Source of the DNA: Deltaproteobacteria bacterium
GTDB taxonomy: Bacteria; Myxococcota_A; UBA9160; JAJDAL01
Reading direction: 5' to 3'
Length of the DNA stretch: 64,000 nt
Assembly: GCA_029261875.1 (NCBI GenBank)
Contig: JAJDAL010000059.1
Span: 4,115 to 68,114 of the forward strand
Shown: piece by piece, positions 20,394-30,517 of the stretch
Numbering within the stretch: position 1 is the first letter of the stretch
Layout: every line of letters begins with the position of its first letter
Notes under the pieces: generated by a model
The model's input: only the letters and a program-made list of their open reading frames with translations
Told to the model about the DNA's origin: nothing
Databases searched by the model: none
Program-made: the position numbers and the translations under genes

Positions 20394-22346
20394 ATGTTTT
20401 CAAAGGCTGTTTGTCTGTTCCTGCTGACCTCCGCCCTCGCCCTTACGGGTTGCGGGGATTCCCCCGATCGCCGCGTCGTTGTTCTGGGGATCGACAGTCT
20501 CGACCCGGAGACGATCGACTTGCTGGTCTCCGAGGGACAACTCCCCAATCTCGCCAAGCTGCGGACCGGCGGGGCCTACGGACGCCTTCGCAGTAGCCGA
20601 CCGATTCTGAGCCCGATCATCTGGACCACCATCGCCACCGGCAAATCCCCCACGGAGCACGGCATCGGGCATTTCGTCGCCTCGAGTTCCAGCGGCGAGC
20701 GACTCCCGGTCACCAGCCAGATGCGCAAGGTCGAAGCCATCTGGAACATCGCGTCGCGTGCGGACAAGCAGGTCGGTGTCGTGGGCTGGTGGGCATCCTG
20801 GCCCGCAGAACGCGTCAACGGAACGTTGATCAGCGATCATGCGGGATACCATTTTCTCTTCGAGGAAGGCCTCGGGTCCGGACCGAAAGACGACACCGGT
20901 GTGGTTCACCCGGCGGAGCGCACGCAGAGTCTGCTCGAAAAGATGAAGCGACCGGACAGCGTCCGCTACGAGGACATCGTCCCCGAGTTCGTCCATATCG
21001 ATCGCGAAGAATTCGCGCGCCCCTTCGACTTCAAAGACGACCTTTCCCATTTCAAATGGGCCTGGTCGACGGCCGAAAGCTACCGCGGTCTCGGACGGCA
21101 CCTATTGGAGAACGATCGGCCAGACCTCACAATGGTGTACATCGAAGGCGTCGATTCGAGTTCCCATTTGTTCGGCCACTTGTTCCGCGCCGAAGGGCTC
21201 GAGGGCGAGCTCGCGGAACAACACGCTCGTTACGGCGGAACCGTGGAAGCCATGTACCGCTACGCGGACTCGATCGTGGGTGAATACCTCGGGCTGATGG
21301 ACGAAAACACCACCCTGGTGGTGCTGTCGGATCACGGATTTCAATTGGGCCTGCTTCACGACGACCCCAGCAAGACCCGCGACCTGAGACGCGTCAGCGA
21401 GAAATACCACCGCATCGAGGGAATCGTCTACCTCTACGGAAACGGCGTCGTACCCGGAACGACGCTGCGCGAACCGGAACTACTCGACATCGCCCCTACC
21501 CTCCTGACCCTGCTCGATCTTCCCGCCGCCCAGGACATGCCCGGGCGCGTCCTCGCCGAGGGCCTCGCGTTCGAAGTCCCCGCGCGCAGCGTTGCGACCT
21601 ACGAAGTCGAAGCGCGCAAAACGGAAGTCGCGCAGCGCGATTCGGCCGTAGACCCCGCCATCGTCGACCACCTGGCCGCACTCGGATACATCGACACGCC
21701 TTCCCCGCAGAACGAACGTAACCTCGCGAACATTCATTTCGCCGAGGGGAATTACGAAGAGGCCCTCGCGGCCTACCGCGCGATGCTCGAAGCCAGGCCC
21801 CAAGACCCGAGTCTGCATTCGAGCCTGGCCGGAACACTGGGCGCATTGGGTCGCTACGACGAAGCCCTCGAGGCCATCGCGGTCGCGGTCGAGCTCGACC
21901 CCATCAACCCGGAGCCTTATCACAACCGGGCCGTCATCTACGAACGCCAGGGAAAGCCCGGCTTGGCGGTGCAGGAGTATCGAACCGCCCTGCGCTATCG
22001 CCCGGACTACGAACCCGCGCGGAATTCTCTGGCGCGACTCGGAGCCCCGCTCGAAGAGAAACGCGTCGCGACACCCGAACGCAGCAAGGCGCGCAAATTG
22101 GTCGATACCGCGAGTTTGGCTGCACGGCGGGGTGCCTACGAGGAAGCCAATCGCCTACTCGATGAAGCCGAAGCCCTCGACCCCACGTTTGCCTTGGTGC
22201 ATCACTACCGCGCGAACGTCGCGTATCTGCGCGGCGACCGCGAAGCCGCCGCTGCATCGCTCGCCCGGGCCATTGCGCTCGAACCCGACAACGCGCTGTT
22301 CCGCGAGAACCTCTCGCGCCTGGGTACGGCGCCGGACGCGGATTAG
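20394..22346 (+). CDS. Alkaline phosphatase superfamily (type I phosphodiesterase-like) lipoprotein with TPRs
   Basis: Lipobox LTGC; VLGIDSLD, SPIIWTTIATG, D-x3-H, VLSDHGF, LDIAPT and LAALGY motifs; TPRs. Confidence 0.85.
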   Translation: MFSKAVCLFLLTSALALTGCGDSPDRRVVVLGIDSLDPETIDLLVSEGQLPNLAKLRTGGAYGRLRSSRPILSPIIWTTIATGKSPTEHGIGHFVASSSSGERLPVTSQMRKVEAIWNIASRADKQVGVVGWWASWPAERVNGTLISDHAGYHFLFEEGLGSGPKDDTGVVHPAERTQSLLEKMKRPDSVRYEDIVPEFVHIDREEFARPFDFKDDLSHFKWAWSTAESYRGLGRHLLENDRPDLTMVYIEGVDSSSHLFGHLFRAEGLEGELAEQHARYGGTVEAMYRYADSIVGEYLGLMDENTTLVVLSDHGFQLGLLHDDPSKTRDLRRVSEKYHRIEGIVYLYGNGVVPGTTLREPELLDIAPTLLTLLDLPAAQDMPGRVLAEGLAFEVPARSVATYEVEARKTEVAQRDSAVDPAIVDHLAALGYIDTPSPQNERNLANIHFAEGNYEEALAAYRAMLEARPQDPSLHSSLAGTLGALGRYDEALEAIAVAVELDPINPEPYHNRAVIYERQGKPGLAVQEYRTALRYRPDYEPARNSLARLGAPLEEKRVATPERSKARKLVDTASLAARRGAYEEANRLLDEAEALDPTFALVHHYRANVAYLRGDREAAAASLARAIALEPDNALFRENLSRLGTAPDAD

Positions 22347-23536
22347 ACCTCGAACAGCGACGCCAATCCCTGGCCACCGCCGATGCACATGGTCACGATC
22401 CCGTAGCGCTTGCCCTGGCGCTTGAGTTCGCGCAGCAGCGAGCCGGTCATGCGCGAGCCCGTCATGCCGAAGGGGTGTCCGATGGAAATCGATCCACCGC
22501 AGGGATTGATTTTTTCGTTGGGAATCTTGAGTTCGCGTTGGCAGTAGAGCAATTGGGATGCGAAGGCCTCGTTGAGTTCCACGATATCGATGTCGTCCAT
22601 CGTCAATCCGTGGCGCTTCAGTAGCTTCGGAACGGCGAATACCGGGCCGATGCCCATTTCCTCGGCGCCACAGCCGGCGACCGCCGTGCCCCGATAGGTT
22701 CCCAGGGGCTCGATGCCGAGTTCCTTCGCGCGGTCCGCGCTCATGAGCAGGGTGGCGGACGCGCCATCCGACAGCTGCGACGCGTTCCCTGCGGTGACCG
22801 ACCCCCCTTCTTCGGCGGGCTTGAAGACCGGCTTCAGCGAGGCCAGCCCCTCGAGGGTCGTGGTCGGTCGATTGCACTCATCCTTTTCCACCACGAAATC
22901 TTCGTCGTAGGGCTCCTCGCCCTTCTTCATCACTTTGCGCGTCACCTTCATGGGAGCAATCTCTTCGGAGATGCTTCCGGCCTCGAAGGCGGCGGCGTAG
23001 CGCTGTTGACTCTGGAGCGCGTACTGGTCTTGTTGTTCGCGGGTGATGCCGTAGCGCTCGGCCACGATTTCGGCCGTCACGCCCATGGGGAAGTAGAGGC
23101 CCGGAAAGCGTTCCTTGGCCGCTTCGTTGACGAGGCGGCTCGTGTTCTGGGATCCGTCCTGCATCATCGTAATGGTTTCGACGCCGGCACCAATGGCCAC
23201 GTCCGCCCCTTCGTTGAGGATCGAATGGGCGGCCATCATGACGGCCTGGGACCCCGAAGAACAGAACCGGTTCACGGTGGTGGCAGCGACTTCCTTGGGA
23301 AAGCCCGCCGCCATGGCGGCGATCCGGGCGGCGTTCATTCCCTGGCAGCCTTCGGGAAACCCACAACCCAGAATGATGTCTTCGATCTCCGCCGGATCGA
23401 GCTTCTTCTGGCGCGCCACGACTTCGCGCAAGACGTGGGCGGTGTAATCGACGGGTTCGGTGTTGTTGAAGGATCCGCGGTGGGCTTTGGTGAGTCCGGT
23501 GCGGAGTGAATCGACGATGACGGCTTCGCGGGCCAT
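22343..23536 (-). CDS. Thiolase (acetyl-CoA C-acyltransferase)
   Basis: NRFCSSG, NEAFA, GHPFGMTG and MCIGGGQG motifs. Confidence 0.95.
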   Translation of the reverse strand: MAREAVIVDSLRTGLTKAHRGSFNNTEPVDYTAHVLREVVARQKKLDPAEIEDIILGCGFPEGCQGMNAARIAAMAAGFPKEVAATTVNRFCSSGSQAVMMAAHSILNEGADVAIGAGVETITMMQDGSQNTSRLVNEAAKERFPGLYFPMGVTAEIVAERYGITREQQDQYALQSQQRYAAAFEAGSISEEIAPMKVTRKVMKKGEEPYDEDFVVEKDECNRPTTTLEGLASLKPVFKPAEEGGSVTAGNASQLSDGASATLLMSADRAKELGIEPLGTYRGTAVAGCGAEEMGIGPVFAVPKLLKRHGLTMDDIDIVELNEAFASQLLYCQRELKIPNEKINPCGGSISIGHPFGMTGSRMTGSLLRELKRQGKRYGIVTMCIGGGQGLASLFEV

Positions 23537-23872
23537 GGGGGAACCTCCAGTCATAAGAACGAATCGATCCGGGGCACGCCTGTACCCCGAATGCGGCAGA
23601 CCGTAGCAAGCTCTGCCCCGGGTCCGACCCTCTTCCGCCAACTATCCGATTTTGCTTACAAAACCGGAACAGCTCGAGTTCCTCGACGGAAACGCGAAAC
23701 GCGCGCTCAAGCTCTCGACCAAGGTGTGCGATGGAGAGATCGGAGGGGACTCAACAGCCCCGCCCGTCGAGAGGTTGCCCCCGCGCACCTCTTCCCCCCC
23801 AACGAGTCGATTCACAGAGAGGTCGAATCCGCCGGAACGCGGTTCACGGCCCAAGCCAAGAGGGGACGTACG

Positions 23873-24997
23873 GTGCGAGAGAGTCACGATTTCAATTCGA
23901 CTTCATGGGTTGCGCGCGCGGTGGGGATCATCGCCGCGGGATCCCTGCTTTCCGGTTGTGTATCCACTGGAAAATTCCAATCCGTGGTCGCCGAACGAGA
24001 CCTTCTGGTTTCGGTCAAGCAGCAACTGACCGGACAGGTCGAAGGGTTGGTGGCCCAGACCGTCGCCCTCGAAGCCCACAACGAGGCGGCTCTGAACACC
24101 ACATCGAGCCTGGAAGGCCGCGTCGACCAACTCCAAAGCGAACTGTCGGAGTACGAGAAGATCAACGGCATGCTCGATGCCCAACGCATCGACCTCGCTC
24201 AGCTGATCCAACAACGCAATGCAGACCTCTCACGCTTGCGCGGAACCTACGACGATCTCTTGCTGGACTTCGCGGCGGAGATCGAAGCCGGCCAGGTCCA
24301 CGTCGAGGCATTGGCCGTGGGAATTCGCGTCAGCCTGAGCGACCAGGTTCTATTCGACACGGGATCGGCGGAGCTCAGCGAGGACGGCCAAACGGTGATC
24401 GAGCGCGTGGCCGTTCGCGTGGCCGAGGTACCGGACCGTGTGGTGGTCGAGGGGCATACGGACGATCGACCGATTCACGGCCTCCTCGCCAGCCGCTATC
24501 CGACCAATTGGGAGCTGGCCGCCGCCCGGGCAACGCGGGTCGCGCGAATCCTCGCGGAAAACGGAACCCACCCCGAACGCATCGCGGCCACTTCGTTTGG
24601 CGAGTTTCACCCGGTGGCGTCCAACGCCTCCGACGAAGAACGCGCGCGCAACCGCCGAATCGAAATCCGCCTGCTTCCGGCGACCATCGACGAGCGCATC
24701 GCCACCGCGCAACCCGTGACCGAAGAAGAGCCCTCCGCCCAGGAGGAACCGGCCGAAATCGAGCCCAGCGAGGCTACCGAGAGCCCCGAGTCCTGGGAGG
24801 GTGTGGAGCAGAAGTCGACGCCGGAAGCCGCGGAGCCCACGGCGACGAAGACCGGCGAGGAAACCAGCGTCGAGTCCGCGGCAGCCGATGCGCCCGCGGT
24901 CGCCCCCGTCAGCAGCGAGCCTCCGCCCGCCAAGGCGGCGCCTCGGGACAACGAGGAGCTCGATCTGGTGCAGGAGACGGAGCAAGCCGCCGAATAG
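23873..24997 (+). CDS. OmpA/MotB-domain lipoprotein with a coiled coil and an acidic disordered tail
   Basis: LLSGC lipobox; VLFDTGSA, EGHTDD, NWEL and NRRIEI motifs; start GTG 23873 after AGAGGGG. Confidence 0.85.
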   Translation: MRESHDFNSTSWVARAVGIIAAGSLLSGCVSTGKFQSVVAERDLLVSVKQQLTGQVEGLVAQTVALEAHNEAALNTTSSLEGRVDQLQSELSEYEKINGMLDAQRIDLAQLIQQRNADLSRLRGTYDDLLLDFAAEIEAGQVHVEALAVGIRVSLSDQVLFDTGSAELSEDGQTVIERVAVRVAEVPDRVVVEGHTDDRPIHGLLASRYPTNWELAAARATRVARILAENGTHPERIAATSFGEFHPVASNASDEERARNRRIEIRLLPATIDERIATAQPVTEEEPSAQEEPAEIEPSEATESPESWEGVEQKSTPEAAEPTATKTGEETSVESAAADAPAVAPVSSEPPPAKAAPRDNEELDLVQETEQAAE

Positions 24998-25013
24998 ATC
25001 GACTCTCGAACGC

Positions 25014-25050
25014 AAACGGGGAGCGCCTTGCAGCGCTCCCCGTTTTTCTT
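25014..25050. terminator. Intrinsic terminator, probably bidirectional
   Basis: AAACGGGGAGCGC-loop-GCGCTCCCCGTTTTTCTT between convergent genes. Confidence 0.85.
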
Positions 25051-25081
25051 GGACCCACAGGGATCCGGCCATTCACAGCGA

Positions 25082-25858
25082 TCAGACGCAGGGCTCCGAC
25101 TGTTCCCCCGGGATGGTTTCCGGCTCCGTATTGTCGTCCCGCACCGGATTCTCGGAACAGACCCCGTCGTTGTCGAGAATCATCTTCAGTTCCGTGGATA
25201 TGGTCTCGCCCGGGTTGCCGAAGCGGCTCGGAGGATCGCAACAGGTCTGGTAGTACATCCACCACTGATCCCCGACCTTCTTGCGCGCCTTGCAGCTCTT
25301 GCCGTTCAGGTCCGTGATGAAGACCCCCGCACTCTTCAGCGTGCGGGCGATGGTGTTCACGTCGTCCAGCGTGCCCAGGGTGCACAGCGGAACTTTCGTC
25401 CCGCCGCCCTCGGGCTTGATGCCCCGCACCTTGTACACCGCACTACAGGTGGTCTGCCCATCGGCGGCCGGGATCGGGCAATCGGGATTGGCGATCTGAT
25501 CCACGAGGGTGACGACGTTTCCGGTCGTGTGATTCGTCACGACCATCACCAAAGCCTCGAGTTCACCCTTTCCATCCTTCTTGAATTGCCCGTACTGACC
25601 CTTGTCGCTTCCACCGAAGGTCCGGCAGTCGCTGGCCCAACACAGTCCACTTCCCCCGCCAGGGTTCGGCGGATTGCAGCGAACGCAGTTCACCGGATCG
25701 CCGGACGGGTCTCGATCGCAAACCAGCTCACCCGGCTGGCAGGGAATTTCTCCCTCTTCCTGAAAGATGAGCTTGTGAATCGGTTCACACGCACTTGCAT
25801 CCAGACCGACGAACGCCGCGAGCACCACGGCAATGAGCATCACACTGCCCTGCATCAT
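25082..25858 (-). CDS. Cys-rich secreted hypothetical protein, paralog B
   Basis: Signal peptide ending ASA|CEPIHKL; 15 Cys; GGAGG RBS. Confidence 0.8.
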   Translation of the reverse strand: MMQGSVMLIAVVLAAFVGLDASACEPIHKLIFQEEGEIPCQPGELVCDRDPSGDPVNCVRCNPPNPGGGSGLCWASDCRTFGGSDKGQYGQFKKDGKGELEALVMVVTNHTTGNVVTLVDQIANPDCPIPAADGQTTCSAVYKVRGIKPEGGGTKVPLCTLGTLDDVNTIARTLKSAGVFITDLNGKSCKARKKVGDQWWMYYQTCCDPPSRFGNPGETISTELKMILDNDGVCSENPVRDDNTEPETIPGEQSEPCV

Positions 25859-25938
25859 TTTCCCCACCTCCCTCGCCCCGAGGGCGAGACGCATCCCAGA
25901 AGCCACCGCACATTCGACTCGACTCGTTTTGACCCCGC

Positions 25939-26709
25939 TCACAGGCACGGCTCCGGGTCGACTTCCGGAATGAATTCCGGCTCGGTCGCCTGTCGGACGG
26001 GGTTCTCACTGCACACACCGTCCTTGTCGAGAATCATCGAAAGCTCGGTGATCAACTCGTCGCCGGTGTCGCCGAAGTCCTCGCCGGGCTGGCAGCAGGT
26101 CTGGTAGAACATCCACCATTGATCCCCGGCCTTCTTGCGGGCCTTGCAGGACTTTCCGTTGACGTCCGTCAGGAAGAGTTTTGCAGTCTTGGGCGTGCGG
26201 GCGATCGTGTTGACGTCGTCCAGATCATCCCAGGTGCACAACGGCGCGCGGACGCCTTCGCCGTCGGGCTTGATTCCGATCACTTTGTAGAGTGCAGAGC
26301 AACCGAACCCCGTGGTCGATGTCGGAAGCGGGCAGTCGGGATTGTCGATGGAATCGACCAACACCGTGACATCTCCCGTATCCACGTTGGTAATCCGCAT
26401 GACGAGGGCTTCGAGTTCGCCCTGCCCGTCCTTCTTGAATTGCCCGTACTGACCCTTGTCTCCGCCGCCAAAGCTTCGACAATCACTCGCCCAACACAGA
26501 CCGCCCCCGGCACAGGTGCGGCAATTGATGGGGTTCTCGTTCGGGTCGCCGCCGGTTCCGCCGTCTTCGCAGATCAATTGATCCGGTCCGCAGGTCGACC
26601 CGCTGCCGTCGAACAATTTGAGTTTGTGAATCGGTTCGCACGCAAATGCATCCGAACCCGCTAGCGCCGCGACCAGCACCGCGACAATGAGAACATGCCT
26701 ATGCATCAT
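25939..26709 (-). CDS. Cys-rich secreted hypothetical protein, paralog A
   Basis: Signal peptide ending AFA|CEPIHKL; the same 15 Cys; colinear with paralog B. Confidence 0.8.
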   Translation of the reverse strand: MMHRHVLIVAVLVAALAGSDAFACEPIHKLKLFDGSGSTCGPDQLICEDGGTGGDPNENPINCRTCAGGGLCWASDCRSFGGGDKGQYGQFKKDGQGELEALVMRITNVDTGDVTVLVDSIDNPDCPLPTSTTGFGCSALYKVIGIKPDGEGVRAPLCTWDDLDDVNTIARTPKTAKLFLTDVNGKSCKARKKAGDQWWMFYQTCCQPGEDFGDTGDELITELSMILDKDGVCSENPVRQATEPEFIPEVDPEPCL

Positions 26710-27207
26710 TTCTATCCCTGCCTCCGTCGCTAGCGGGGTGAAAGCCTCGGCCCCACCCCGTCCTTCCCAAGTCAACAGCCCCAGGGACGTCATTCGTCCC
26801 TGAAACCAGGGGTCCTCTACGCACGGGATGCCGGAGTGAAACGGTCCGCGAAAAGGCGACGGTGGAAGCGATTCCCACGCGGGTGAATCGGTTGGTCGCT
26901 ACCCCGTTTTCGATCGCAAAATCCGCACCGCTCTTTGGCCGCCACCGCGAGAACGACCCAACCGCACAACGAACTCCCTGTTCGATCCAAGAACTCACGA
27001 AGCGCTCGGATAAAACTCTTATAGGCCTCAGATTCTGGAGGTGTCTAGGCTGGAATGACGAATTCGTGATATTTCATGACGATTTCAGGGGGAAGGAAAC
27101 GTCAGAAACGAAGCAGGCGTCGCTACACAGAAAAGCGAGGGGGAAAAACAGCGATCTCCGCGTCGCCGTCGCGACACGGATGGGGAGTTTTTCCGATCCG
27201 GACGCGC

Positions 27208-27693
27208 TTAGGCGCTGGGCTCGGCGGTACTGGGCGTCAAAACCATCACCGGGATGCGGCGTTGGGTCGCGCGCGACTGGTAGGCGTCGAAGCCGGGGTT
27301 GTATTCCGTAGCGAGGGCCCAAAGACGTTCGCGTTCCTCGCCCTCCGCTTCGTGGACCGAACAGGTCACGCTTCTTCCACCCACCAGGATGCTGGCTTCG
27401 GGTTTGTGGCGAAGGTTGTGATACCAGGCCGGGTGCTTGGGATATCCCGCTTTGGAGGCGATCAACACGAATCGCTCGCCGTCGGGTCGATACAAGAGCG
27501 GCGTCGAGCGCGGCAAACCACTCTTCGCGCCCGTCGTCGTGAGCAGCAGAATCGGCGCCGTCCCCCCGGTGCTGAAGCGCCCGCGCGAAAGGCGCAGCAG
27601 CAGGCGATCCATGGGCGGCGCCACGCGGATGAAAAACCAGCCCCCTGCGCGCGTGGACGCCAATTTCAATACGAATTTCATGATGGGGGACAT
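27208..27693 (-). CDS. Deazaflavin (F420H2)-dependent nitroreductase, Ddn family
   Basis: LLLTTTGAKSGLPRSTPL, ASKAG..HPAWYHNL and RRIPV motifs. Confidence 0.93.
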   Translation of the reverse strand: MSPIMKFVLKLASTRAGGWFFIRVAPPMDRLLLRLSRGRFSTGGTAPILLLTTTGAKSGLPRSTPLLYRPDGERFVLIASKAGYPKHPAWYHNLRHKPEASILVGGRSVTCSVHEAEGEERERLWALATEYNPGFDAYQSRATQRRIPVMVLTPSTAEPSA

Positions 27694-27735
27694 GCGGTGC
27701 TCCTCGCGGGCGAATGGACTCTCGCGCCCGCCCCG

Positions 27736-30396
27736 TTAGATGCCATCGGACGGCAAGCGCTTTTCCGCCGCCAGCGCCGGCACCAGGATGAGATTGCAAA
27801 GCAGCGTAAACGCGACACCGAGCGTCAGCAGTTGCCCCATGCTCGCCATTCCGGGATGAACCGACAAGCCCAGGGTTCCGAAGCTCGCGATGGTGGTGAG
27901 ACCACTGAAGAAGACGCCGCGCGCCGTGCTCGTGCGCAGCAATCCCGCGCTGCCGGCCACGTCGCGGTAGCGGTTCACCAGATGAATCCCGCTGTCGACC
28001 CCGATTCCGAGCAACAGCGGGAGCACGATCACGTCCGCAAAATTGAAAGGGATATCGAGGATCACCGAAGCGCCAGCGGTCAACAGAGAGGCGAGAAACA
28101 GCGGCGCCAGCACCAACCCCACGTCGCCCAACCTGCGCCAGAGCACGATCAAGAGCAGCGAAATGAGCACCACCGCGTAGGTGAAGGCTTGTTGCAATGC
28201 GCGCACGATGGCGCGAGCGGCCTCGAGGATCTGCACCGCGACGCCGGTGACGTCCGGCGAGACCGTGCGGGCCTCGTCGACGAATCGCGCGAGCGCCACG
28301 TTTTCCGCCAGGCTCTCGGCGGGAATGGCTTCGACGCGCACGCGCCCGTCGGACGCGACGATCGTTCCGAGCAGATCCCTTGGCAGCGATTCTGCGGTCA
28401 CGTTACTTGCACCGAGGGCGACCTGGAGGCGGTGCAGCTGCTCGGGGAACAGACCCAGCAAACTCGTTTCGAGTTGAGCGAGTGTGGGCCCCGGGTCGAG
28501 ACCGTCGGCTTCCGCAACCAACGACGCCAGCGCGTCGCGCAATCCGCGGGCGCTGGCCGCCTCCGGAGTCGAGTCCGTTTCGACCACCAGGCGATCGACC
28601 GTCGCCACGAAATCCTCGATGGCGGCGAGTTGCACCGCGGGATCTGGTGGGTCCCCCTTCGCTTGGCCCGTTTCGGGCACGAAGAGCGCCATATCGCCCA
28701 GGATCGCGAGCTTGGTCTCCTGCTCGGCGGGGACGTAGTCCGAAAGCGTAATCGCATAGTCGACCGGCCCAAGGGCTTCGAGACGGCGTGCCAGGTCATC
28801 GGCCGCATCGCGATCCTCCGCCAACACGTGCAGGGTCCAGGCGGACGTCGCGCGTTCCGCGAGCAACTCGTTGAAGGCCGTCACCGACTCGGTTCCGGGG
28901 ACGCGCAGGTTCAACGGGTTGTGATCGAATCGGACTCGAGGGAGAAGGGGCAACATCGCGCAAGCCAGCAGAGCCGCGCCCACCTGGGTCACTCGGCGAT
29001 GGCGCACGGGAAAAGCCAGGAAAAACGCCAAGCGGTCGCCACCGACGCGCGAGGGTGCCGCACCGGTGGGTAGCGGCCAAAGGGTCAGGAGAGCGGGCAG
29101 TACGGTCAAGCTGCAGAACAAACTCACGAAGATTCCGGTTCCGGAAATCAGACCGAGTTCCGCCACGCCTTCGTATTCCGTGGGGACGAAGGCGTAGAAA
29201 CCCACCGAGGTGGTGAGGGCGCACAGTGCCAAAGACTTTCCGACATCGACCGCGGTGGTGCGCAGGCCCTCGTCCAGGCTGCGTCCGGCGGCGAGGCATT
29301 CGGAGTATCGCAGGCAGAAGTGAATGCCGAAGTCGACGCCCAGGCCGATGAAGAGCACCGCAAAGGCGACAGAAACCATATTGAGATGACCGATCGCGGC
29401 CGCGGCAAAGGCAGCGGTCCAGATCAGGCCGATCACCAGCGTGATACAGGTGGCCGCCATCAAGCGCACCGAACGCAGGCCGACGAACAGAATCCCCATC
29501 ACGCAGACGAACGACAGCACACCTGCGAGTGCCGAGCCCTCGCTCACCGCCTCGAGTTCCTCGGCGGAAAGCGCCAACTCGCCGGTAACGCGCACGCGAA
29601 AGCCGGCCGCGGCATCGAGACCGGTTTCCGCGGCCAGACGGTGCACGGCCGCAATCGCAGCCTGGACCGGGATCAATTCCGAGTGATCCACACGGGGCTG
29701 GACCAAGATCGCACTTTGCGGACGCGCTCCGGTCTCGGGTGTGGCGAGCAGGACCTGCTCCCAGGAAAGCGAATGGGGGCGACCCGCGCGGACCGAATCC
29801 ACGGCGTCCCGCAGGCGATCGAATATGGGAGCGAGGTCGAGGATCGTGGCATCGCCGCGCGCGACCCCTTCCATCGCCGTACCGAGGAGCGAGAAGAGTC
29901 CACGCAAGCTGTTGTCGCGCCCGAGCTCCGCGAGATAGGGCTGCACCGTGGCCAGGTGATCCGCGAGGTTCTCGAGCTCCGCGGGCGTCAGATAGAGCAA
30001 GCCGTTGCGTTCGAAGAACGGCCCCTCGCCCGGGACGTAGATGTCCTCGAAGAGCTGGGGCTCGGATCGCATGCGATCGGCCAACCGGCGCGCGCCGGAT
30101 CGCGCGTCCTCAGGCGTTTCGGCATCGATCAACACCAGGGTCGGGTCCGCGACCATGGGGAACGCCGCCAGGAAATCTCTCCAGCGTTGTTGATGCGGAA
30201 GCTCCTGGGCGATCATCGCATCCGTATCCATGTTGACGCCGAGGTTGCGCACCGTGAACCCGGCGAGGGCGACGGTGACCACCGCGACCAGCAACAGGAC
30301 GCTGCGCGACGCGTGCGAAACCGCCCCCACCCAGCCCGTCAAGCCGCGGGACAGGAGTCCATCCAGATGTGTCCAGAGCGCATTCATTCGCAGCAC
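27736..30396 (-). CDS. hpnN: Hopanoid-associated RND/MMPL transporter
   Basis: FFERNGLLYL, FAVLFIGLGVDFGIHFCLRY, FDHNPLNLR and GIGVDSGIH motifs. Confidence 0.82.
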   Translation of the reverse strand: MLRMNALWTHLDGLLSRGLTGWVGAVSHASRSVLLLVAVVTVALAGFTVRNLGVNMDTDAMIAQELPHQQRWRDFLAAFPMVADPTLVLIDAETPEDARSGARRLADRMRSEPQLFEDIYVPGEGPFFERNGLLYLTPAELENLADHLATVQPYLAELGRDNSLRGLFSLLGTAMEGVARGDATILDLAPIFDRLRDAVDSVRAGRPHSLSWEQVLLATPETGARPQSAILVQPRVDHSELIPVQAAIAAVHRLAAETGLDAAAGFRVRVTGELALSAEELEAVSEGSALAGVLSFVCVMGILFVGLRSVRLMAATCITLVIGLIWTAAFAAAAIGHLNMVSVAFAVLFIGLGVDFGIHFCLRYSECLAAGRSLDEGLRTTAVDVGKSLALCALTTSVGFYAFVPTEYEGVAELGLISGTGIFVSLFCSLTVLPALLTLWPLPTGAAPSRVGGDRLAFFLAFPVRHRRVTQVGAALLACAMLPLLPRVRFDHNPLNLRVPGTESVTAFNELLAERATSAWTLHVLAEDRDAADDLARRLEALGPVDYAITLSDYVPAEQETKLAILGDMALFVPETGQAKGDPPDPAVQLAAIEDFVATVDRLVVETDSTPEAASARGLRDALASLVAEADGLDPGPTLAQLETSLLGLFPEQLHRLQVALGASNVTAESLPRDLLGTIVASDGRVRVEAIPAESLAENVALARFVDEARTVSPDVTGVAVQILEAARAIVRALQQAFTYAVVLISLLLIVLWRRLGDVGLVLAPLFLASLLTAGASVILDIPFNFADVIVLPLLLGIGVDSGIHLVNRYRDVAGSAGLLRTSTARGVFFSGLTTIASFGTLGLSVHPGMASMGQLLTLGVAFTLLCNLILVPALAAEKRLPSDGI

Positions 30397-30517
30397 ACGG
30401 ACAGCCTATCCGGGCTGCCCCTGACTCTCCACTCGGGTATCCGAGCGCAACCCGCGCGCTCGTTTCCGATCCGCTCGATGTTCCAGTACGTTTGATCCCC
30501 GATGTGCGCACGACAGA

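Noticed and set aside
23873-24997. Flagellar motB
   Set aside because: It has a lipobox and coiled coil, lacks the MotB TM Asp motif, and has no motA neighbour.
26782-26802. Hairpin CAGGGACG/CGTCCCTG upstream of the Cys-rich pair as a riboswitch
   Set aside because: A single short stem with no recognisable aptamer consensus.
27076-29073. Long antisense ORFs (e.g. 665 aa here; also 2107-3786, 6808-8352, 48044-49993)
   Set aside because: Shadow frames of well-supported genes in GC-rich DNA, with no motifs.
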